24,000 nt of DNA from positions 2,095,596 to 2,119,595 of the forward strand of contig NZ_CP102275.1 in NCBI RefSeq assembly GCF_025149465.1. Reading direction: 5' to 3'. Positions 1-7,480 of this stretch are shown here, piece by piece. The translations under genes and the position numbers were made by a program. This stretch comes from Thomasclavelia spiroformis DSM 1552. Its GTDB lineage: Bacteria > Bacillota_I > Bacilli_A > Erysipelotrichales > Coprobacillaceae. Position 1 is the stretch's first letter. Every line of letters starts with the position of its first letter. The notes beneath the pieces are model-generated. The model had not been told where the DNA came from. It worked only from the letters and a program-made list of their open reading frames with translations, and made no database searches.

Positions 1-726
1 TAAAACATCACTTTTTAATCCACTATTATCCCATGTTCCAATTTCTTCAATATCTTGATCAAATTCTAAAGCAAAATACATATTCCAATCACTAGGGTTC
101 CAGTTTTTACTAAATGTACCACCACCAGTAATCATTTTATTTTCTTTATCAATATTAACTGATCCAGATTTTAAAGCTACTTCTCCTCCAATTTTTCTAC
201 TTACATCAATTAATAGTGATGAATCAGCGTTTTCTGGATAAGTGAAACGATAAATTGCTGAATGTTGATTAGGTGTTACCTCAGCTTTAATATCATATTT
301 ATCAAGCTTAACTGTATAATAATTTGCTTGTCCCTTTTCTTCACTTATACTTGATGCATGATCTCGATCACTTGTTTTTATTTCACCAGTTTGAGGTGAT
401 AATAAGAAATTACCATATGATTTTGTTCCTCCAGAACCTTGAGTATATAATTGACCAAAACCAACTACAGGATTTCCGCGATGATACCCTCCATTATCAG
501 GTGGTGTTGTTTCAGGACTTGGATGAATAGATCCATTAGGTAATGATGGACCTGCTGATGTTGATCCTTCATCAACATCAGTTCCAAATAAAGTATTCGT
601 ATATTCAACATAATTTTCGTCAGTTTTATATTTTGCATCAACATTTACACTATTTATTGAAAATACTGACATAGTCATAAACGCTGATAATAAAACTGTA
701 ACAACTTTTTTTCCACGAATATTCAT
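1..726 (-). CDS. GH92-family glycoside hydrolase paralog 1 (putative exo-alpha-mannosidase); only the first 242 codons, continues past the left window edge
   Basis: Absent from the ORF track because it has no stop in the window. My own minus-strand translation from the ATG at 726-724 is open to position 1: MNIRGKKVVTVLLSAFMTMSVFSINSVNVDAKYKTDENYVEYTNTLFGTDVDEGSTSAGPSLPNGSIHPSPET...ANYYTVKLDKYDIKAEVTPNQHSAIYRFTYPENADSSLLIDVS... It has a signal-peptide-like N-terminus. The GH92 N-domain pattern is co-linear with the other two GH92 ORFs (compare YYYKVTAGKEEGKPITAEMTATKRCAIYRFTYPSSDEAKIFVE in the 1515-aa ORF). Confidence 0.75.
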   Translation of the reverse strand, partial: MNIRGKKVVTVLLSAFMTMSVFSINSVNVDAKYKTDENYVEYTNTLFGTDVDEGSTSAGPSLPNGSIHPSPETTPPDNGGYHRGNPVVGFGQLYTQGSGGTKSYGNFLLSPQTGEIKTSDRDHASSISEEKGQANYYTVKLDKYDIKAEVTPNQHSAIYRFTYPENADSSLLIDVSRKIGGEVALKSGSVNIDKENKMITGGGTFSKNWNPSDWNMYFALEFDQDIEEIGTWDNSGLKSDVL

Positions 727-880
727 AATCTCATTTTTCCTGGTATATTGTAATTGACTCATTTAATAGTCATCTACAGTATACCTTCTCCTTTCTATCA
801 ACCTTGTTTATCCGTGGTTGATGACGTTTAAGTTATTCTGTAAAATATTGAATATGTGAATGTAGATTTGTATTTTTTTC

Positions 881-1036
881 CTTGTGGCTTGACTACTTTA
901 GAAAGGATCTTACCACACCTTATTCCTAAACAATGATGAGTTAGATGAGTCTTGAATTCCTATTTTGCACCAGGTTTTGTGGTCTAAGTGTTGTGGATAC
1001 CATTTCACATAATCTATTAGGAAAGGATGTTTTATC
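881..1036 (+). ncRNA. Candidate IS110 bridge/guide RNA region (5' non-coding left end of the IS)
   Basis: A 156-nt non-coding stretch lies between the inferred IS left end and the transposase ATG. The terminal hexamer TTGTGG (882-887) recurs at 977-982 and 991-996. Its complement CCACA is at 913-917. GAAAGGAT is repeated at 901-908 and 1021-1028. No fold or covariance model was run. Confidence 0.25.
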
Positions 1037-2221
1037 ATGAAGTTAGTTGGAATCGATATTGGAAAAAACAGACACTTCTTTTGCATCATGGATAAAGATA
1101 CAGGTGAACTTATTATTTCGCCTACTTCTTTTGCCAACAATAAAGAAGGATTTGATTTTCTTGTTCAAAAACTTAAACCTTATTCTAAATCTTCTGTCTT
1201 GATTGGTATGGAAGATACCGGACATTATCATTTTGCTTTGTTAAAGTATCTCTTAGATCAAAGTTTTACTGTTGCCTTGATCAATCCCAAAACGACCGAT
1301 TTCACGCGCAAGCTCCAAGGTGGTATCACGAAAAATGACAAACTTGATACGCTGACTATTTGCGACGTCTTAGATACCCCCAAACGTAAGAAACAGTATC
1401 GTATTACAAAGGTTGACAGTTTCGACCTTTATGAACAAAAACAGCTGACTAGACATCATCATAATTTAAAAAAGGAAATAAACGTCTATACAAATCGTTT
1501 ACAAAAATGCATTGATGTTGTGTTTCCCGAGTTTAATAGTCTATTCAAGTGCAAGTATGGTACTGTCTACATGAATGTACTTAAAACATTTGGCAGTGCT
1601 GAAAATATCGCCAGTGCTGATATCAGAACCATTCGTAAATGTTTTGACATCAAAGGCAGAGGTGGTCGTATCTCTCTGACCGCTGAAAAACTTAAAGAGT
1701 GTGCCAAATCTTCTATAGGCATTTCTTCATCTGCAGAAGTGATTCAAATCAAGCATCTCATTAGTCAAATTGAACTTATTCATGATCAAATCGCTGAAAT
1801 AGATAAAAAAATAGAAGAGTTCTCTGTTCAAAACAACTCTCCTATCCTAAGTATCCCAGGAATTTCTCATTTCTCTGGTACCTCTATTTTAGCCGAATTA
1901 GGAGAGATAAGCAACTACTCCAGCGCAAGAAAAATCATTAAATTTGCAGGAGTCGCTCCTTTGCATTATGAATCCAGTCAGTTTACTGCACAGCATACCG
2001 CTATTACAAAGAAAGGATCTAAATACTTGAGAAAGACCTTATATCAAATCATACTGCCTGTGATCAACAATAATCCAGTATTCAAACAGTATTATCAATT
2101 GAAGCTTTCTCAAGGCAAGGGACATCGTTGTGCTCAGGGACATTGTGTAAGAAAGTTGCTTAGAATCATTTATCATCTATTAACTACAGGTCAGCAGTTT
2201 GACCCTGAACTCCTGAGATAG
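1037..2221 (+). CDS. IS110-family transposase/recombinase (N-terminal DEDD RuvC-like domain plus C-terminal Tnp domain)
   Basis: 394-aa ORF. Shows MKLVGIDIGKNRHFF (first Asp), IGMEDTGHYH (Glu) and NDKLDTLTICDV (Asp). The C-terminal PGISHFSGTSILAELGEISNYSSARKIIKFAGVAPLHYESSQF...KKGSKYLRKTLYQ motif is typical of the family. RBS AAAGGA at 1022-1027. Confidence 0.95.
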   Translation: MKLVGIDIGKNRHFFCIMDKDTGELIISPTSFANNKEGFDFLVQKLKPYSKSSVLIGMEDTGHYHFALLKYLLDQSFTVALINPKTTDFTRKLQGGITKNDKLDTLTICDVLDTPKRKKQYRITKVDSFDLYEQKQLTRHHHNLKKEINVYTNRLQKCIDVVFPEFNSLFKCKYGTVYMNVLKTFGSAENIASADIRTIRKCFDIKGRGGRISLTAEKLKECAKSSIGISSSAEVIQIKHLISQIELIHDQIAEIDKKIEEFSVQNNSPILSIPGISHFSGTSILAELGEISNYSSARKIIKFAGVAPLHYESSQFTAQHTAITKKGSKYLRKTLYQIILPVINNNPVFKQYYQLKLSQGKGHRCAQGHCVRKLLRIIYHLLTTGQQFDPELLR

Positions 2222-2528
2222 TAAATAGCCATATGCAAATTTTAAAAATACCTTTTTCAAGGTAGTTTTCATCATGCCCAAAAACTACAAATACATATTC
2301 ACTTTTTAAAGAACTTTACTAGTTGATTCATAAAATCAGGAAGTTTATTATTTTCAGACTTTTTCATCAAAAACTCTTGATTTTTATATAGTTAGCTTTC
2401 TCAAAATTAAAATCATTAATTAAAATATTATCCATAATTTAAAATTCTATTAATTTCACCTCCTTAAATCATTAAAAAACTTATTTACATTTCAATTATA
2501 AATCCAATAAAAAACTTTTACTATTTAG

Positions 2529-2589
2529 AACTTTTGTAATTATTTTTTCGAAAACTATAGATAAAATTTTTGTAAATTTATCATACAAT
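2529..2589 (-). promoter_or_regulatory. Orphan copy of the GH92 promoter/operator module (sites A1 2532-2554, A2 2569-2589)
   Basis: 2529-2569 matches 7350-7390 at 38 of 41 positions, with the first 26 nt identical (aacttttgtaattattttttcgaaaa). Contains GTAA-N7-TTCG and TTTGTAA-N7/8-TACAA inverted repeats. No intact gene follows it on the minus strand. Confidence 0.5.
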
Positions 2590-2604
2590 AATTTTATATC
2601 AATA

Positions 2605-2643
2605 AACTAAAAGGTTACTGCTATCAAAATATATCAGTAACCT
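2605..2643 (-). terminator. Rho-independent terminator of the 1515-aa GH92 gene
   Basis: Minus strand reads AGGTTACTG-(14 nt loop)-CAGTAACCT followed by TTTTAGTTTATT. It lies about 55 nt downstream of the stop at 2698. Confidence 0.55.
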
Positions 2644-2697
2644 AAATATTTTATTAATTATAAGAGGAAAGAAAGCAATTTTAATTATTATCTAATA

Positions 2698-5600
2698 TTA
2701 ATCTTTTCTTTTTAATGCTGCATATCCAGCTACACTTAATAATGCTATTGTTGCAAACATTCCTGCTAAGCTTTCATCTCCTGTTTTTACACTTGTAGTA
2801 TCACCATTATTTACTGGTGTACTTACTGTGTTATCAGTTGTTATTGTTTGTAATCCTGCAAGAGCTTTGGCTAGAACATCTTTTGCATTATCTACTTCAA
2901 CTTGCGAAGCATTTGGATTATCAAATACTGCTTTTGCTTCATCTAATGCTTTTGTTAATCCATCAAATGTTGCTTTTGTATAGTTCGCCCCGTTTAATCC
3001 ATTTGCTTGATTAATTAATTCTTCTAATAAGCTCTTATCTGGAATTAATCTTAAGTTCAAGAATGCTGTTACTAATTCACTGTATGCATTGTTTACTTCT
3101 TCTTGCATTGCATTTAAATCTTCGTATACAGCATTAGCTTCATTTAATTCTGTTTCAAATGCTGTCCATGTAGCTTGAATATATTTATCAGCTTCTAATC
3201 CACTAACTTTATCGATAAATGCTTTTAATGCTGTTTTATCACCTTGTTTAAAGTCTAACATATGCATAACGTTAGCAAGCCTATCAAATACATTATTTAC
3301 TTCAACTTGTGAAGCACTAGTATTATTATATACTGCATTAGCTTCATCTCTTGCAGCAATAAATTCATCAGCTACTGCTGGTACGACATTAGCTAAATCT
3401 TCATCAGTGATTGCATTAGCTAAATCGATAGCGATACCTAATGCTGTTTTATCAGCTAACACATTTCCTAATAAGTGGAATTCATATACTCTTGCATTTG
3501 CAGAATCTGTATCACTTAATTTAGGAATTACCAAACGGAATTGACTACCCATAATTGGTTCATCAAGTGTAACTTTTACTTCATTTTCTTCAATATCTTT
3601 TAAAGTATATACATCTTTCCATTCACCATTTTCTTTAACTTGTAAAGAGAATTCTTTTGTAAGATATGATGAGTTTTCTGTTGCTGCACCAATAAAGATT
3701 AAACCATTAACTGCATACTTCTTATCAAAATCCATTTCCATCCAGAATTTTCCATCATCTGCATATTGATAACGACAGCTCCATTTTGTGTTCAAATCAG
3801 CATCAATTGCTTTTTCTGGTCCTTCATTTTCATTAGCTTGTCCATTAGCAGATACTTTAAGTGATGGATCATTCATAATACTTCCTCTAAATGTATCTAC
3901 AACTAAACCTTCAATTGCTTCATTAAGTTTATTAGAAGCAGCTTCTAGCTCTTCATCACTAGCATCTTCTTTATCTATAATTGATTTAGCCTCGTTAATT
4001 GCTTCATTTAAATTATCTACACTTGCTGATGTATAAATTGATGTATCAATTGCTTCAGCTTTTTCTACAAGTGATTCAAGATGTGCTTTCCATCCATCCC
4101 AGATAATTAATGTTTCAACATATGAATCACCTTGACTAAATACAAATTCAAGTTTAGCACTTGAATCCACACCATCTTTTACAAGCGATGTTCCAAAGAC
4201 AGTAATTTGATTATTATTTTCTCTTGAGAATGCATAATCTTCGTTTTCTACTAATTCTTTGCCATTAAATAATACTTTTTCTAATGTATTTCTATTATAT
4301 TTAATATTAGCAACATAATCAGATGGATTAGAAATTTCAATTATTTGAGAATAATCCTCAAATAATTCTAATTCTCTTACTGCAATTTTACCCCATGTAA
4401 AGTTTGCTTCTTTAATTCTAATTCTTAATCCTATTATATCTTTAAGTGCTTTATTAAATTTAATATTTGCACTACAACGATTATCGCCACCGCTTTCGTC
4501 TTTCCATTCAGGTGTCCAATCTTCTACAATAACTTTCCATTGATCTGATGATGAATCTTTTATTTCAATATCCATTTTTGTAGGATTTTGGTTACCTCTA
4601 TAATTTGACCAAATTTTAAATGATGTTACTCTACTTAATGGGTTATCCCATTCCATTGTCAAATAATATGGTGTATTAGACAAATCTTCATTTGAATGAA
4701 CGTTCGCACTAACATAACCAGTGTCATAGTTTCCATCAATCAATGAAACTGATGGAACATCAATATCACCACCAGGTTGTCCATAATCAGTTGTACTTAC
4801 TTTTGCTTTAGATGCATAGTTTTTACCTGTTACTCTAGTCACTTCACTATTTCCAAAGAATGGTGGTTCAGAATCATCTTCAGGACTTTGAGCATCTTCG
4901 TCATATTGGATTGCTTCTTTATGATAATCACTTGCCCAACTAGAAGGTGTATCATTCATGTTGAATTCTACATTTCCACCAGATGTAATTTGATTATATG
5001 TAATAACTGGAATATTTAATGCTTCGCCATTTAATGTTGCATCTTGAATATAACAGTTAGCATTTGTTTCATTATCATCATTATTATTTGCAGTGATAAC
5101 AAATTGAGTATCTGTTTTTGGATTATTGATTGTAACTTTATCAAATATTGGACTTCCTATCATGTATTCTCCAGATGCTGGATTAACTGGATAAAATCCC
5201 ATTGCTGAAAATACATACCAAGCAGACATTTGTCCACAGTCATCATTTCCTAATTGTCCACTAGTATCATCAAAATAACTTTCTAATAAAGTTTGTCTTG
5301 CATATTTTTGTGTTAAATCAGGACGACCACTAAAGTCAAACATATAAGCATAATGATGGCATGGTTCATTTTGTTGTTCAATCCATTTGTCGCCACCTAA
5401 TCCACCAAATGCTTTTTCAAGTTCAGTGTTATAGAAATCTGCACCTTGATGTTCAGCCATGTATTCTAATAAACCTTGTGGATCATGTGGTGCAAACCAA
5501 GTATATTTTCTTCTATCACCTTCAGTAAATTGTTCTCCACTTGTTGACCAATTCCCATCTACGTCACGACCCATTGCATATCCAGTTTCAGGATTAATTG

Positions 5601-7245
5601 CATTTTTATAATTCATACTTCTATTTAAGAAGAATTTTGCCTCAGCATCTTTTCCAACTGCCATTGCTACTTGAGCTACACACCAGTCATCATAAGAAAA
5701 TTCAATTGTTCTAGAAACGTTTTCATTAACGTAACCATTAGGTATATATCCTAATGCTTTATAAGCAGATAGTCCAGCGCGTGCTTCATATGGTACGTTT
5801 GTAGCTCTATCGCCCCATTTATAAATTGTTCCATCACCTTCTTGAGGAACCATTGCATCTTTCAATACTGCTTCATAAGCTAAATCATAATCAAAACCAT
5901 CAAATCCTTTATTGATTGCTTCAGCTACAATTGAATCTGCATGTGTACCAATCATAATATTTGTATATCCAGGATTTGGCCATTTTGGCATATAGCCACC
6001 TTCTTGATAATTTTGTAATAATGATTGTACCATTTCATCAATCTTATCTGGAGCAACAATTGTCAATAAACTATTTTGTGCTCTAAATGTATCCCATAAT
6101 GAAAAATCAGTATATGATTTACCTTCATGATATTGATCATCATAAGGACTAAAGTAAATATTTTTTCCATCTACTACTTCGTAGAAAGTTCTTGGATATA
6201 ATAAAGCATGATACATTGCTGTATAGAAAATATGATTTTCTGATTCTGTTGCACCTTCAATTTGAATTGCATTTAAACGATCATTCCATATATTCTTTGT
6301 TTCTTCTTTAACTTCATTAAATTCTTTATCTCCAATTTCTTGTTCAATATTTGCTCTAGCTTGATCAACACTAACAAATGATGTTCCAATTCTTATTTCA
6401 ACTGTTTCATCTTGTTCAGTATTAAAACTTAAATAAGCACCTGATTTTTGTCCATCAGCTGATGTAGCATCATTTTGGATTTTATAATTTTCATAAGTTC
6501 CTTTACCATCTGTATCTTTACTAAATTGAATAACGAAATATCCTTTAAGATTTTCAGGTGGATTATTATTTAAATGAGAACTCATGTTATCATTATTCCA
6601 TCCAGTAATTTCTCCATTTTCTTCATCAATTTCAATATGTCCGTTTCCACGACCTCTTGCAGATTCAACAAATATTTTTGCTTCATCACTGCTAGGATAA
6701 GTAAAACGATAAATCGCACAGCGTTTAGTAGCAGTCATTTCAGCAGTGATTGGTTTTCCTTCTTCTTTACCAGCCGTTACTTTATAGTAATAAGGTGTTG
6801 CAGTTTCATCATCATGTGAAAAAGTCAACGCTCTTCCATTTTGATCAGGACTAACATCTCCAATTTGAGGCATAACATTAACATACCCATAATCACCCAT
6901 CCAAATTGCTGGTTGGTGTGTTGCAAAGAAACCTTTAAATTTTGTATCTTTGTATTCGTAAGAAATGTCACCAATACGATTTTCTCTTGTTTGTGGTGTG
7001 AAATTAGTCATTCCAAATGGTGCACTTACAAAAGGTGCAGTTCCTGACCATTCACTATCCCCTTTAAAGTTATTTGTACCGATTAAAGGATTAACATGTT
7101 GTACTAAATCCTTAGTTTCATAATCACTTGTTGTAATTTCATAATTCGTACTTTCTTTTGCAAATACAGTCGATGCACTACCTAAGATATTAGTAAGTGC
7201 CACCATACCTGTAATCAAGAAAGATATGCTTCTTTTTCCTTTCAT
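2698..7245 (-). CDS. Cell-surface multidomain GH92 glycoside hydrolase paralog 2 (putative exo-alpha-mannosidase)
   Basis: Domain order, N to C:
- Signal peptide MKGKRSISFLITGMVALTNILGSASTVFA.
- GH92 N-domain and catalytic domain: VNPLIGT...APFGMTNFTPQT...; FTEGDRRKYTWFAPHDPQGL; QQNEPCHHYAYMF; GNDDCGQMSAWYVFSAMGFYPVNPASGEYMIGSPIFDKVTI; CYIQDATLNGEAL.
- Two F5/8-type-C/CBM32-like modules: IDGNYDTGYVS...IAVRELELFE and KAIDADLNTKWSC...RVYEFHLLGN.
- FIVAR repeats.
- C-terminal SVKTGDESLAGMFATIALLSVAGYAALKRKD.

RBS GGGAGG lies just upstream of the start. Confidence 0.9.
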   Translation of the reverse strand: MKGKRSISFLITGMVALTNILGSASTVFAKESTNYEITTSDYETKDLVQHVNPLIGTNNFKGDSEWSGTAPFVSAPFGMTNFTPQTRENRIGDISYEYKDTKFKGFFATHQPAIWMGDYGYVNVMPQIGDVSPDQNGRALTFSHDDETATPYYYKVTAGKEEGKPITAEMTATKRCAIYRFTYPSSDEAKIFVESARGRGNGHIEIDEENGEITGWNNDNMSSHLNNNPPENLKGYFVIQFSKDTDGKGTYENYKIQNDATSADGQKSGAYLSFNTEQDETVEIRIGTSFVSVDQARANIEQEIGDKEFNEVKEETKNIWNDRLNAIQIEGATESENHIFYTAMYHALLYPRTFYEVVDGKNIYFSPYDDQYHEGKSYTDFSLWDTFRAQNSLLTIVAPDKIDEMVQSLLQNYQEGGYMPKWPNPGYTNIMIGTHADSIVAEAINKGFDGFDYDLAYEAVLKDAMVPQEGDGTIYKWGDRATNVPYEARAGLSAYKALGYIPNGYVNENVSRTIEFSYDDWCVAQVAMAVGKDAEAKFFLNRSMNYKNAINPETGYAMGRDVDGNWSTSGEQFTEGDRRKYTWFAPHDPQGLLEYMAEHQGADFYNTELEKAFGGLGGDKWIEQQNEPCHHYAYMFDFSGRPDLTQKYARQTLLESYFDDTSGQLGNDDCGQMSAWYVFSAMGFYPVNPASGEYMIGSPIFDKVTINNPKTDTQFVITANNNDDNETNANCYIQDATLNGEALNIPVITYNQITSGGNVEFNMNDTPSSWASDYHKEAIQYDEDAQSPEDDSEPPFFGNSEVTRVTGKNYASKAKVSTTDYGQPGGDIDVPSVSLIDGNYDTGYVSANVHSNEDLSNTPYYLTMEWDNPLSRVTSFKIWSNYRGNQNPTKMDIEIKDSSSDQWKVIVEDWTPEWKDESGGDNRCSANIKFNKALKDIIGLRIRIKEANFTWGKIAVRELELFEDYSQIIEISNPSDYVANIKYNRNTLEKVLFNGKELVENEDYAFSRENNNQITVFGTSLVKDGVDSSAKLEFVFSQGDSYVETLIIWDGWKAHLESLVEKAEAIDTSIYTSASVDNLNEAINEAKSIIDKEDASDEELEAASNKLNEAIEGLVVDTFRGSIMNDPSLKVSANGQANENEGPEKAIDADLNTKWSCRYQYADDGKFWMEMDFDKKYAVNGLIFIGAATENSSYLTKEFSLQVKENGEWKDVYTLKDIEENEVKVTLDEPIMGSQFRLVIPKLSDTDSANARVYEFHLLGNVLADKTALGIAIDLANAITDEDLANVVPAVADEFIAARDEANAVYNNTSASQVEVNNVFDRLANVMHMLDFKQGDKTALKAFIDKVSGLEADKYIQATWTAFETELNEANAVYEDLNAMQEEVNNAYSELVTAFLNLRLIPDKSLLEELINQANGLNGANYTKATFDGLTKALDEAKAVFDNPNASQVEVDNAKDVLAKALAGLQTITTDNTVSTPVNNGDTTSVKTGDESLAGMFATIALLSVAGYAALKRKD
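2848..3456 (-). repeat. In-frame array encoding three FIVAR-type helical repeats (about 68 aa each)
   Basis: Repeats of the form (A/G)DKTAL..AID.......EF..A..EA.AVY.....Q.EV..A...L. A fourth isolated FIVAR-like unit lies further upstream in the protein (KAHLESLVEKAEAIDTSIYTSASVDNLNEAINEAKSII...). Confidence 0.8.
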
Positions 7246-7315
7246 ATTTACCTCCCACTATTTATGATATGATTTACAATTATTAAAGTCATCACCTCCA
7301 ATCTTTCACAATTAA

Positions 7316-7344
7316 AGTATAATATTTCATACTTATTTTAACAA
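7316..7344 (-). promoter_or_regulatory. Predicted sigma-A promoter of GH92 paralog 2
   Basis: Minus strand reads TTGTTA (7344-7339), 17 nt spacer, TATACT (7321-7316). Prediction by eye only. Confidence 0.35.
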
Positions 7345-7349
7345 TTTTC

Positions 7350-7412
7350 AACTTTTGTAATTATTTTTTCGAAAAGTCTAAATAAAATTTACGTAAAATA
7401 AATTTACGAAAA
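7350..7412. promoter_or_regulatory. Paired inverted-repeat operator candidates B1 (7353-7375) and B2 (7388-7412)
   Basis: B1 is TTTTGTAA-ttatttt-TTCGAAAA. B2 is TTTACGTAA-aataaat-TTACGAAAA. B1 ends 8 nt upstream of the predicted -35. Confidence 0.5.
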
Positions 7413-7437
7413 TTTTATACTATTAAAACTGTTCTAA

Positions 7438-7460
7438 ATAAAAAAAGCCCAATTGGGCAT
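7438..7460 (-). terminator. Terminator at the end of the man PTS operon
   Basis: Minus strand reads GCCCAATTGGGC followed by TTTTTTTATTT, about 20 nt after the DUF956 stop. The stem is short. Confidence 0.55.
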
Positions 7461-7480
7461 TTTCAATATAAGTATTAATA

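Larger units (their letters stand above)
881..2285 (+). mobile_element. IS110-family insertion sequence, about 1.4 kb; ends inferred to within a few bp
   Basis: Carries an IS110-type DEDD transposase. No terminal inverted repeats, as expected for this family. Ends were inferred by rejoining flank 867-880 (TTTGTAtttttttc) to flank 2286-2291 (TACAAA). The rejoined sequence is a palindrome nearly identical to the intact one at 21301-21320. CT occurs at both putative junctions (881-882 and 2285-2286). Confidence 0.6.

Noticed and set aside
910-1231. Minus-strand ORFs 910-1140 and 1043-1231 overlapping the IS110 left end and the transposase start.
   Set aside because: They overlap the transposase gene and its 5' non-coding region and have no RBS or recognisable motif. 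The region is better explained as the IS left end plus the transposase.
2367-2435. A 22-codon ORF (MDNILINDFNFEKANYIKIKSF) downstream of GGAGGTG in the orphan module, and a second 22-codon ORF at about 2310-2378 (MKKSENNKLPDFMNQLVKFFKK).
   Set aside because: For the first ORF the SD-to-ATG spacing is about 21 nt. The second has no SD. Neither resembles a signal peptide or a GH92 N-terminus, and neither has a recognisable family. They were not called as genes but are mentioned under the orphan-module finding.
2817-7047. Plus-strand ORFs inside GH92 paralog 2 (2817-3014, 3788-4036, 4777-5019, 6574-6819, 6841-7047). The same applies inside paralog 3 (15977-16216, 17576-17833, 20930-21115) and paralog 1 (324-530).
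   Set aside because: They are antisense shadow ORFs within long, well-supported genes. They are rich in L/S/F/I, as expected from the reverse complement of AT-rich coding sequence, and show no RBS or family signal.
7248-7292. A possible 14-codon upstream ORF (MTLIIVNHIINSGR) in the GH92 paralog 2 leader, ending inside the main RBS.
   Set aside because: Its ATG directly abuts the GGAGGTG sequence (zero spacing), so initiation is unlikely. The GGAGGTGA element is more likely a conserved leader or RNA element shared with the 2457-2463 copy.
7353-7375. The palindromes could be known global-regulator boxes: CcpA cre, the CodY box (AATTTTCWGAAAATT) or the Rex box (TTGTGAA-N4-TTCACAA).
   Set aside because: The cre box has a 4-nt CG-containing centre (TGTAAGCGCTTACA), not an N6-7 AT spacer. 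The best CodY alignment of the TTTTTTCGAAAAGT part has 4 mismatches and lacks the central W, and it applies only to A1/B1. The Rex alignment requires symmetric loss of the key G/C. None of them explains the perfect TTTGTAA-N6-TTACAAA sites, though partial CodY overlap at A1/B1 cannot be excluded.
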